NCBI GenBank assembly: GCA_963717145.1
Contig: OY970325.1
Location: forward strand, 1,504,001-1,568,000
Direction of reading: 5' to 3'
Length of the DNA stretch: 64,000 nucleotides
Source: an uncultured Armatimonadetes bacterium
Lineage (GTDB): Bacteria; Armatimonadota; UBA5829; DTJY01
This document shows, one piece after another, positions 26,574-35,452 of the stretch (position 1 is the stretch's first letter; every line of letters starts with the position of its first letter). The translations under genes were made by a program, and so were the position numbers. Below the pieces are notes generated by a model. That model saw only the letters and a program-made list of their open reading frames with translations. It ran no database searches and was not told where the DNA came from.

Positions 26574-29258
26574 ATGCGAATCAAACATCTTTTACTCATC
26601 ACACTTTGTGCTCTTCTAGTCGGTACATCCGCTGCCTATCCGAGCATCGCGGATGTCATGAAAGGCAAACAGCCTCAACAGACGAAGCCCGCTCCCGCCA
26701 AGCAGGCGGCTCCTCCGGGACAAGCCGAGCTTATCAAGGCCATCGAGTTCATGAAGGCCAACAAGCCGAAGGAAGCCATAGCCCAACTCAAGATCGTCAT
26801 CCAGAAGGATCCCAAGAACATTGCGGCTCTCGCGAATCTCGCTCAGCTCAGCGCGCGGACAGGTGATTCGAAGGCCGCGCTCGGCTACATACAGACCGCG
26901 ATCAAGCTGCAGCCCAAGGACGCCCAGTTGCGCCTGATGGCCGCCGGAATCTACATGCAGTTGAAGCAGCCCGAGCAGGCCAGGCAGAGTCTCAAGCAAG
27001 CCGTCTCGCTGAACCCCAAGTTGACGCAGGCGCACCTGCAACTCGGCATGATGTATGCATCCGAGAAAAAGTATGCTGCCGCAGAGACCGAGTTCCTCGC
27101 GGTCGTCAAGTATACTCCGAACGATGCCCAGGGTTGGTACAACGTGGGCTCCGTCCGCGTGAGCCAGAACAAGTTCAAGGAAGCGATCCCTGCCTTTCAG
27201 AAGGCCTCCAAGCTCACCCCGAAGGAAGCGCACACGTACTTCGCCATCGGATCGTGCTATGTCCAGTTGAAGGACAACAAGAGCGCCGCCACCTACTTCA
27301 AGAAGGCGGCCGATCTGGACACCAAGAACCCCCAGTACATCATGGCGGTTGGAGTGGCTCATCAAGAGTCCGGCGAGTACGAGAAAGCTCTGACCGCCTA
27401 CGCCATGGCAGCACAGCTTTCGCCGAAGAACGTGGGCATTTATCTGAACTCCGGGCAGTGCTTCTTCATGATCCAGAACTACGCCGCGGCCGAGAAGAAG
27501 TTTGGCGAGGCACTTGCCATCGATCCCAAGAATACGCAGGCAATGGTGAACGTCGCTGTCGCCAAGACCTATCTCCAGAAGTACGACGAGGCCGAGACCT
27601 GGTACAAGAAGACACTCACGTTCGAGCCGAAGAACAAGACTGCCGCAAACGGTCTGGCCTACCTCTATGAGCAGCAGGGCAAGAAGGACGAAGCCATCGC
27701 GCTCTACCAGAAGATGCTCGCGGAGGATCCGAAGGACATGCAGGCTCGCACCCGCCTGGCGATGGCATACCAGGGGCAGAATAAGACCGACATGGCCATC
27801 CAGACTTACCGCGACCTCATCAACATCGATCCGAAGAACATCCAGGCGCGCGCAGCCATTTTCGAGATGCTGAGGAAAGACCAGAAGTACGACGACGCTG
27901 CCAAAGAGATCCAGCAGATGCTGGATATCAACCCCAAGAACACCGACACACTCGCCAGCGCCGCCCTGCTCGCCCAGGAGATGGATGACTACGAGAAGGC
28001 GATAGGATACTACAACCAGATCAAACAGATCAACCCCAAGGACGAGTCGCCATATCTCTCGATCGCACAACTGAACGAGACTTCCAAGAAGGATCCCGAA
28101 GCGATCAAGGAGTACGAGGCTCTCATCAAGGTCAACCCTAAGAGCGGCGCGGCATATTCCGGCATTGCAGCCATCTACGAGCGCCAGAACAAGACCGCGG
28201 AGGCCCTCGCGAAGTACAAAGAGCTACAGAAGGTAGCACCGGATCAGGTCCAGCACCTCACCAACATTGGCCGCCTGCTCGAGAAATTGGACCAGAAGGG
28301 CCAGGCGCTCATCGAGTACCGCAAGCTGGTTGCCGCGAATCCCAAGAGCATCGCCGCGAGGTACGCACTTGCCGGTGGGCTCGTCAGGATGGAGAGGAAG
28401 GATGAGGCCGTCAAGGAATACGAGACCGTCCTCAAGCAGAAGCCCGGCGATTTCACCTCCATCAACGCAATCGCGGACATCTACGCAGATACAGAGAAGT
28501 ACGACCTGGCGATCGAGCAGTACAAGCAACTGCTAGCCATCAGCCCGAACTACAGCCCCGTCCTCGACAAGGTGATGACCATGTACGAGAAGCTCAATAA
28601 GCAGTCCGAGGGCATGGACTACCTGAAGACCCTGATAGAAAAGGACACGAGCAACGGCGCGGCCATGGCGGCGCTCGGAAAGGCATACAATACGGCGGGC
28701 AAGAACGATGACGCGATCGCATACTTCAAGGGCCTCGCCGATAAGAATCCCGATCTTCTCCCGGCCAGGCACGCGCTCGTCACCGCCTATACGAATGCCG
28801 GCAAGAAGGACGAGGCTATCGCGTTTTACAGAGGGTTGCTTGAGAAGAAGCCGGATGATGGCGCAACCAAACGGGCTTTGGCCCAGTATCTCGAGGGCGC
28901 TGAGCGTTACGACGATGCGCTCGCCGAGTATGAAGCCCTGCTCAAGACGACACCCGATGACTCGTTCCTGAGTTACCGAATCGCGCAGATCTACGAGAAG
29001 CAAGGTAAGAAGGACTTAGCCATCGAGATATACAAGAAGCTGGTGGAAAAGAACCCGGACAGCGAGTTCTTCAAGACCCAGCTCGACAAGTTGCAGGCGC
29101 CGCCTCCTGCTCCGGAAGGCACTCCCGGGGCGGAGACCAAACCGGCCGAGACGCCGGGGACTGACGCCAAACCTGCTGAGACTCCGGCAGCCGAGACCAA
29201 GCCCGCCGAAGCTGCCGGCGCGACAACACCAACGGCCCCGGTGGAAGGTACGAAGTAG
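26574..29258 (+). CDS. secreted tetratricopeptide-repeat protein (about two dozen repeats) with Pro/Ala/Thr-rich tail
   Basis: 34-aa periodicity (A...Y.....L.P.N); signal peptide MRIKHLLL...; tail repeats AETKPAETPG. Confidence 0.9.
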   Translation: MRIKHLLLITLCALLVGTSAAYPSIADVMKGKQPQQTKPAPAKQAAPPGQAELIKAIEFMKANKPKEAIAQLKIVIQKDPKNIAALANLAQLSARTGDSKAALGYIQTAIKLQPKDAQLRLMAAGIYMQLKQPEQARQSLKQAVSLNPKLTQAHLQLGMMYASEKKYAAAETEFLAVVKYTPNDAQGWYNVGSVRVSQNKFKEAIPAFQKASKLTPKEAHTYFAIGSCYVQLKDNKSAATYFKKAADLDTKNPQYIMAVGVAHQESGEYEKALTAYAMAAQLSPKNVGIYLNSGQCFFMIQNYAAAEKKFGEALAIDPKNTQAMVNVAVAKTYLQKYDEAETWYKKTLTFEPKNKTAANGLAYLYEQQGKKDEAIALYQKMLAEDPKDMQARTRLAMAYQGQNKTDMAIQTYRDLINIDPKNIQARAAIFEMLRKDQKYDDAAKEIQQMLDINPKNTDTLASAALLAQEMDDYEKAIGYYNQIKQINPKDESPYLSIAQLNETSKKDPEAIKEYEALIKVNPKSGAAYSGIAAIYERQNKTAEALAKYKELQKVAPDQVQHLTNIGRLLEKLDQKGQALIEYRKLVAANPKSIAARYALAGGLVRMERKDEAVKEYETVLKQKPGDFTSINAIADIYADTEKYDLAIEQYKQLLAISPNYSPVLDKVMTMYEKLNKQSEGMDYLKTLIEKDTSNGAAMAALGKAYNTAGKNDDAIAYFKGLADKNPDLLPARHALVTAYTNAGKKDEAIAFYRGLLEKKPDDGATKRALAQYLEGAERYDDALAEYEALLKTTPDDSFLSYRIAQIYEKQGKKDLAIEIYKKLVEKNPDSEFFKTQLDKLQAPPPAPEGTPGAETKPAETPGTDAKPAETPAAETKPAEAAGATTPTAPVEGTK

Positions 29259-29349
29259 GGGAGGCCTTCTACGGCCTCCCGTTCGGCGGGCGACCGTGGA
29301 AGGATCGCCCCTACGGATAGGCGGGTGACCGTAGAAGGATCACCCCTAC
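29255..29349. repeat. GTAG-type REP cluster (one forward, two reverse units)
   Basis: GTAGgggaggcc ttctac ggcctccc; gggcgaccgtggaaggatcgcccCTAC; gggtgaccgtagaaggatcacccCTAC. Confidence 0.8.
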
Positions 29350-29426
29350 GGGTTTCGGGCGGACGTTTCGCTGATCCCCTGGCGCATCCTGTCGTCGGGG
29401 CATGAGACATGTGAGGAGGCAATCAT

Positions 29427-30362
29427 TTGAGAACCAGATCGTTCCGCATCATGATCGCTGTGGCCGCGATCGGCATCATGCTGGCCGCCACATCCTGCAC
29501 TAAGCAGACCACCGGCAAGAAACAACTCACCGTTGGCGTCACGCTCCTCACGAAGAGCCACCCATTCTACCAGGAACTCGAAGCCGCGATGCAGAAGACC
29601 GCCGCCAAGGAGGGACTCAAGCTCAATATCCAGTCAGCCGAGTTCAAGATGGACGAGCAGCAGGCGCAGATCGAGAACTTCATCACCCAGCAGGTCGATG
29701 CCATCGTCGTCTGCCCGGTTGACTCGAAGACCATCGGCGGGGCGATCCAGCGCGCGAACGACGCCAAGATTCCCGTTTTCACCGCCGACATATCAGCAAA
29801 CGAGGGCAAAGTCGTTTGTCACATCGCATCCGACAACGTGGCAGGCGGACGCATCGCCGGGGAATACATGGCGAAACTGCTGAAGGGCAAGGGTAAGATC
29901 ATCATCATCGACCACCCCAAGGTCATGAGCGTTACTGACCGGACCAGGGGCTTCGAAGAGGCAGTCTCCAAGTTCCCCGGCATCAAGATCGTGGCGCGAC
30001 CACCGGGTGACGGCGAGCGCACGACATCCATGAACGTGATGGAGGACATGCTTCAGTCGCACCCGGACATCAGCGGCGTGTTCGCGATCAATGATGTCAC
30101 GGCTCTCGGGGCTCTGGCGGCTCTCAGGCAGGCGAAACGGAATGACATCGTCATCGTCGGCTACGATGGCGCCCCCGAGGCCCGAGAGGAGATCCTCAAG
30201 GGAAGCCCGCTCAAGGCCGACGCGGTCCAGTATCCGACCAAGATCGGATCGACCACGATAGAGATGGTGGCAAAGCACCTCAGAGGCGAGACGGTCCCGG
30301 CGAAGGTCCCGGTCGAGGTTGGCGTGATCGACAAGGCGAAACTCGAGGCGGAGAAGGAATAG
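29427..30362 (+). CDS. sugar ABC transporter substrate-binding lipoprotein (RbsB-like)
   Basis: lipobox ATSC, HPFY, VDAIVVCP, IASDNVAGG, VFAIND, IVGYDG; TTG start after GAGGAGG. Confidence 0.9.
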   Translation: MRTRSFRIMIAVAAIGIMLAATSCTKQTTGKKQLTVGVTLLTKSHPFYQELEAAMQKTAAKEGLKLNIQSAEFKMDEQQAQIENFITQQVDAIVVCPVDSKTIGGAIQRANDAKIPVFTADISANEGKVVCHIASDNVAGGRIAGEYMAKLLKGKGKIIIIDHPKVMSVTDRTRGFEEAVSKFPGIKIVARPPGDGERTTSMNVMEDMLQSHPDISGVFAINDVTALGALAALRQAKRNDIVIVGYDGAPEAREEILKGSPLKADAVQYPTKIGSTTIEMVAKHLRGETVPAKVPVEVGVIDKAKLEAEKE

Positions 30363-30374
30363 GTTCGGGAGCGG

Positions 30375-30470
30375 GTAGGAGGGATTTGCCGGGATGATTG
30401 TGCCCGGTAATCCCGATGGCGAGCGGTATCGGGATTACCGGGCACAATCATCCCGGCAAATCCCTCCTAC
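30375..30470. repeat. perfect 43-bp-arm inverted repeat with GTAG/CTAC ends (REPIN-like)
   Basis: gtaggagggatttgccgggatgattgtgcccggtaatcccgat + 10-nt loop + exact reverse complement. Confidence 0.92.
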
Positions 30471-30486
30471 ATGCGAAAGAGAAACC

Positions 30487-31994
30487 ATGGAGAACAGGAA
30501 CGGCACTCCTGCCCTACAGATGAAGGGCATCACTAAGACATATCCCGGCGTGCGGGCGCTCGATAACGTCGACTTCGACGTGCGCAAGGGTGAGGTTCAC
30601 GCGCTCGTCGGCGAGAACGGCGCGGGCAAGTCCACGCTGATGAAGATCCTCGCCGGCGCGCAACCTAAGGACTGCGGCGAGATCCTCATCGACGGCGCTC
30701 CCGTTCACATCACGACGCCCCAGAAGGCGATGGACCTCGGCATCAGCATCATCTACCAGGAGTTCAACCTCGTCCCGTACCTGAACGCCGCGGAGAACAT
30801 CTTCCTCGGCCGCGAGCCCAAGGCGTCCATGCCCGGCTTCGTCGACTTCGGGACGATGTACTCCGAGGCGCAGACGGTCATCGACCAGCTCGGCGTGAAG
30901 CTCGACGTGCGGACGCCGGTCAACCGCCTCTCGGTCGCTCAGCAGCAGATGGTCGAGATCGCCAAGGCGACCTCCCGCAACGCCTCCATCATCGCGATGG
31001 ACGAGCCGTCCGCCACGCTCACCGAGCACGAGCTGGAGAGCCTCTTCGAGCTGATCCGCTCGCTCAAGGCGAAGGGCGTCAGCATCATCTACATCTCGCA
31101 CCGGCTGGAGGAGATATTCGAGATCGCCGACCGCGTGACCGTCCTGCGCGACGGGCAGCTTCGTCGGCACGAAGGACGTCGCCGACCTCGGCCGCGATGA
31201 CATGATCCACATGATGGTCGGCCGCGAGCTGAAGGAGAAGATCCCGAAGCAGGCCGCCGAGATCGGCGAGCCGATGCTCACGGTCAGGGGACTGAACCGC
31301 AAGGGCGCCCTCGAAAACATCAACCTGGAGGTCCGCAAGGGCGAGGTGCTCGGCCTCGCGGGACTCGTCGGCGCAGGACGGACCGAACTCGCGCGGGCGA
31401 TCTTCGGCGCTGACCCGATCGACTCGGGCGAGGTCACCTTGAACGGCAAGCCGGTCCACGTCCGCTCGCCCAAGGACGCGATCAAGCTCGGGATCGGCCT
31501 CGTGACGGAGGATCGGAAGGCGCTCGGCCTGATCCTCGGCATGGCCGTGCGCGAGAACATCACACTGGCGAACCTGGACGCCGTCACGAAGCTCGGCTTC
31601 GTGAACCAGCGCGAGGAGAAGCGCGCGGCGATGAAGTACATCGAGGACCTGATGATCAAGACGCCCTCGAGTCGAGCAGCCGGTCCAGAACCTGAGCGGC
31701 GGAAACCAGCAGAAGGTCGTCCTCGCGAAGTGGCTCTTCACGCAATCGAGAGTCCTGATCTTCGACGAGCCGACGCGCGGCATCGACGTCGGCGCGAAGG
31801 TCGAGATCTACCAGCTCATGAACCGGCTGGCCGCAACCGGCGCCGCAATCATCATGATCTCCTCCGAACTGCCGGAGGTCCTCGGGATGAGCGACCGCAT
31901 CCTGGTGATGCACGAGGGCCGAATCGCCGGCGAGCTTTCCCGGGAAGAGGCAACCCAGGAGAAGATCATGTAGCTTGCCACCGGGGGAGAGTAA
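30487..31994 (+). CDS. sugar ABC transporter ATP-binding protein (RbsA/MglA-like) with +1 indels at ~31160 and ~31670 and an in-frame TAG at 31971
   Basis: [20 protein letters not shown]; second domain [15 protein letters not shown], then [22 protein letters not shown] in a third frame. Confidence 0.88.
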
Positions 31995-31997
31995 CCG

Positions 31998-33005
31998 GTG
32001 GGCAGGCCGCAGAACGCGCTGAGGCAGGTTTCGCAGTACGGCATCATCGTTTTTCTGATCCTACTGTGCGCTTACTTTACCTGGCGGACCGGCGGGCTCT
32101 TCGCCACTCCCAACAACCTCGTCAACGTCTCTCGCCAGATTGCCATCAACACGATCGTGGCCGTCGGGCTCACCTTCGTCATCATCAGCGGCGGTATCGA
32201 CCTCTCCGTGGGCTCGGTGGTCGCACTCGCAGGCGTGATCTCGATGTCGGTCCTCCGTGACGGATTGACGGTCCACGCAGCCACGATCATCCCGATCCTC
32301 CCAATGCTGTTTGCGATCCCGCTCTCCGCGATCATCGGCGCGTTGATCGGCGGAGGGCTCGGCGTCTTCAATGGGTTCGTCATCACCAGATTCCGGGTCG
32401 CGCCGTTCATCGCAACACTTGGGATGATGACCATCGCGCGCGGATTTGCATTCATCTATGCGAAAAACGGCCAGCCCGTCAGTTCACTGCCTCAAGCCGT
32501 AAGGGCATTCGGCGCGGGAGACCACGGGATCGGGCCGTTTGTGATCCCCAATCTGGTGGTCGCAGCGTTGCTCGTCGTGGGGCTGGGGCACCTGCTTCTC
32601 ACTCGCACGAGATTCGGCCGCTATGTGTACGCCATCGGAGGCAACGAGGAGGCGGCCAGGCTGTCGGGCATCAGCGTGTCTCGCGTGAAGACGAGGATCT
32701 ATGCACTCTGCGGAATGCTCGCCGGGCTGAGTGGAATGCTTCTCGCCACACGGGTGGCCTCAGGCGACCCGAAGTCAGGCGAACTCCTCGAGCTGAACGC
32801 GATAGCGGCGGTGGTTCTCGGCGGCACGAGCCTCATGGGCGGACGAGGCACGGTGATCGGGACGCTTGTTGGCGCGCTGGTGATCGGCGTCCTGAACAAC
32901 GGCCTCAGCCTTCTGGACGTCTCGCAGTACTACCAGTGGGTCGTCAAGGGCGCGGTTATCCTCGGTGCGGTGATTCTCGACCAGGTGACCCGCGGCACGG
33001 AGTGA
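31998..33005 (+). CDS. sugar ABC transporter permease (RbsC-like)
   Basis: GGIDLSVGS, PFIATLGMM, YAIGGNEEAARLSG, ELNAIAAVVLGGTSL. Confidence 0.92.
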   Translation: MGRPQNALRQVSQYGIIVFLILLCAYFTWRTGGLFATPNNLVNVSRQIAINTIVAVGLTFVIISGGIDLSVGSVVALAGVISMSVLRDGLTVHAATIIPILPMLFAIPLSAIIGALIGGGLGVFNGFVITRFRVAPFIATLGMMTIARGFAFIYAKNGQPVSSLPQAVRAFGAGDHGIGPFVIPNLVVAALLVVGLGHLLLTRTRFGRYVYAIGGNEEAARLSGISVSRVKTRIYALCGMLAGLSGMLLATRVASGDPKSGELLELNAIAAVVLGGTSLMGGRGTVIGTLVGALVIGVLNNGLSLLDVSQYYQWVVKGAVILGAVILDQVTRGTE

Positions 33006-33027
33006 CCGCACTCCAAAGGAGATACCC

Positions 33028-33816
33028 ATGTCCACATTACTGATCGGATACGATACCGAATGCATGCACGACCCGGAGATCACGCGGGCGTTCCTCAGGA
33101 AGGCGGCTGAGGTCCACCGGGAGCACCCCTGCACGCTGTTCCTCGTCGGTAAGGTGATCGAGAACAACGCCGCCGACCTCGAGGCGCTGGCGGGCAACCC
33201 GATGTTCGACTTCCAGCAGCACACGTATTCCCACCGCCTGCTCAAGAGCGTCTGCATCGACCAGGGGAACGGCAAGATCGACTTCATCCCGGGGATGTCG
33301 CTCGCTGAGATCGAGGATGAGGTCGCCCGCACGAGCGAACTGCTCCGCCAGCGCTTCGACAAGGAGTGCCTGGGGATCACCGGCCCGTGGGCGTATTACA
33401 GAGGTCTTCAGGACAGGCAGGATATCCTGGAGATACTCCATCGGCTCGGCATCCGGTTCACGCGCACGTATGGCAGGGATCATCACGACTTCCAGCCCGT
33501 ATCATTCGCGATCCAGCCGTTCAAGTATGAGGTGCAGGGCTTCGCGGACATCACGGAGTTTCCGCTTCACGGATGGCAGGACGTCTACTGGCGCGACATC
33601 AACGGCTGGGACAACGTGAATGGATATACCAGGCACTTGCTGAACTGCATTCATCACGTGGCCGGACACAACCTGGTTTGGAGCTACGGCTCGCACGACT
33701 GGTCGAGCATCCGTGAGGATCCGGATATGACGATCATCCGGTCGTTGCTCGCAGGTGCGGACAAACGTGGCGTCAAGGTGGAATCATATCTGCACTACTA
33801 TGAGGCAAACGCATGA
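33028..33816 (+). CDS. cytoplasmic polysaccharide deacetylase-family (CE4-like) protein
   Basis: IGYDTE, TLFLVG, QQHTYSH, GSHDW; no signal peptide. Confidence 0.75.
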   Translation: MSTLLIGYDTECMHDPEITRAFLRKAAEVHREHPCTLFLVGKVIENNAADLEALAGNPMFDFQQHTYSHRLLKSVCIDQGNGKIDFIPGMSLAEIEDEVARTSELLRQRFDKECLGITGPWAYYRGLQDRQDILEILHRLGIRFTRTYGRDHHDFQPVSFAIQPFKYEVQGFADITEFPLHGWQDVYWRDINGWDNVNGYTRHLLNCIHHVAGHNLVWSYGSHDWSSIREDPDMTIIRSLLAGADKRGVKVESYLHYYEANA

Positions 33817-35075
33817 CAGACAAACTCGCGATCGAGGGCGGTGCGCCCGCCAAGACAACGCCCGAGCCGCCGATGTTTCCAGGGGCGATGGAGATCTCCG
33901 AGGAGGAGAAGCGGGCGGTATGTGAAGTGCTGGAGGAGAAGGTCCTCTTCCGGTACCATGGACGACCGAGCGGCAAAGGCCGAGTCGAGGAGTTCGAGGA
34001 GCGACTCGCCGAGCAGTTGGGCGTGAAGCATGCCCTCGCGGTCAACTCCGGCACCAGCGCGCTGATCTCAGGTCTCGTGGCCGCAGGGATCGGTCCGGGC
34101 GATGAGGTGATCGTCCCGGCGTACACGTTCGTCGCCACCCCCGCGGCGGTGATCGCGGCAAAGGCAATCCCGGTCATCGCCGAGGTCGATGATTCGCTCA
34201 CCCTCGATCCGAGCGACTTCGAGCGCAAGATCACCGAGCATACCAGGGCCGTGATCCCAGTCCACATGCGCGGCGCTCCGTCGGACATGGACCGGATCAT
34301 GGAGGTCGCGCGGAAGCACAAACTGAAGGTCATCGAGGACTCTGCCCAGGCGGTCGGGGCAAGCTACAAGGGCAAGCGGCTCGGCGCCTTCGGGGATGCC
34401 GGATGCTTCAGCCTCCAGATGTCGAAGGTCATCACCTCGGGCGAGGGCGGCGCGATGATCACGAATGACACCAATCTCTACCAGAAGGCGCGCATGTACC
34501 ACGACGCGGCGGTCAGATTCTGGGACCAGGACACCGGCATGCCGGCATTCCCCGGCGTGAACTTCCGCATGAGCGAAGTGACGGGGGCGCTCGCACTGGT
34601 TCAGTTGGCCCGGTTGGAGAGCCTGCTCGCGCGCATGAGAGCAAGCAAGTCGAGGATCAAGACCCGGATCGAGCCGAGAGACGGACTGCAATTCCGCCGG
34701 ATTCACGATCCCGAGGGCGACGCGGCCGTGTGCATCGTCTTCTTCCTCCCCGACGTCGAGACGACGAAGCGGTTCGGCGAGGCGCTCCGAGCCGAAGGTG
34801 TCGGAGCGGGTACGATCCACAACCAGGGCATCCCGGACAGGCATATCTACAACGCGTGGGCCGAGGTTCTGGAGTATCCGCGCGACGTGCAGATGGGCTG
34901 TCCGTTCACGTGCCCGATGTACAAGGGCAAGGTCAGCTACTCGAAGGACATGTGCCCACGGACGCTCGATTGCCTCGGGCGCACGATACACGTCAACGTG
35001 AGCCCGCTCTTGACGAACGACGATTGCGATGCGATTGCTCTGGGGATAAACAAGGTGGCAGCCACGCTGCTGTAG
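33813..35075 (+). CDS. DegT/DnrJ/EryC1/StrS family aminotransferase
   Basis: NSGTSAL, GPGDEVIVPAYTFVAT, IPVHMRG, IEDSAQA, FSLQMSKVITSGEGG; ATGA overlap with the deacetylase. Confidence 0.92.
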   Translation: MTDKLAIEGGAPAKTTPEPPMFPGAMEISEEEKRAVCEVLEEKVLFRYHGRPSGKGRVEEFEERLAEQLGVKHALAVNSGTSALISGLVAAGIGPGDEVIVPAYTFVATPAAVIAAKAIPVIAEVDDSLTLDPSDFERKITEHTRAVIPVHMRGAPSDMDRIMEVARKHKLKVIEDSAQAVGASYKGKRLGAFGDAGCFSLQMSKVITSGEGGAMITNDTNLYQKARMYHDAAVRFWDQDTGMPAFPGVNFRMSEVTGALALVQLARLESLLARMRASKSRIKTRIEPRDGLQFRRIHDPEGDAAVCIVFFLPDVETTKRFGEALRAEGVGAGTIHNQGIPDRHIYNAWAEVLEYPRDVQMGCPFTCPMYKGKVSYSKDMCPRTLDCLGRTIHVNVSPLLTNDDCDAIALGINKVAATLL

Positions 35076-35083
35076 CAGCAGGA

Positions 35084-35278
35084 TCAGCTCTCATGGACCG
35101 TGATTGCGCCCGTTGGGCACGCGTCCGCCGCTTCGCGGACCTGGTCCTCTAGTGCCGCGCTCGGAGACTCGTCGATCACATGGGCCAGGTTGTCGTCCCT
35201 CATCTCGAACACCTGCGGGCAGATGTCAACACATATCGCGTCGCCGATGCACAGGCTTTCGTCTATTTCCGGTCTCAA
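35084..35278 (-). CDS. monocluster ferredoxin (CxxDxxC...CP)
   Basis: CIGDAICVDICP...AADACPTGAI; TTG start after AAAGGAGG. Confidence 0.88.
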   Translation of the reverse strand: MRPEIDESLCIGDAICVDICPQVFEMRDDNLAHVIDESPSAALEDQVREAADACPTGAITVHES

Positions 35279-35452
35279 GGTCTATGCCTCCTTTGTAACC
35301 CTCGCCAACCAACGCCTGCTCTCTTCCCAGTTCTACCCACATGCATATCCGCCAAAACGAACGCAGGAAACGGCATCCGCCACCGCTAACGATGATGAGG
35401 CAGGCGGTATTCCCAACGGCGGGCCCGCCCCTGACCGGAAACTCGGGAGGTA

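Noticed and set aside
30161-30486. ORFs beginning MIVPGNPD on both strands
   Set aside because: Artefact of the perfect inverted repeat; the ATPase more plausibly starts at ATG 30487
31971-31973. Pyrrolysine or amber read-through in the ABC ATPase
   Set aside because: Many neighbouring genes use TAG as a true stop, no pyl genes are seen, and the same gene has two indels; error or trivial truncation is more likely
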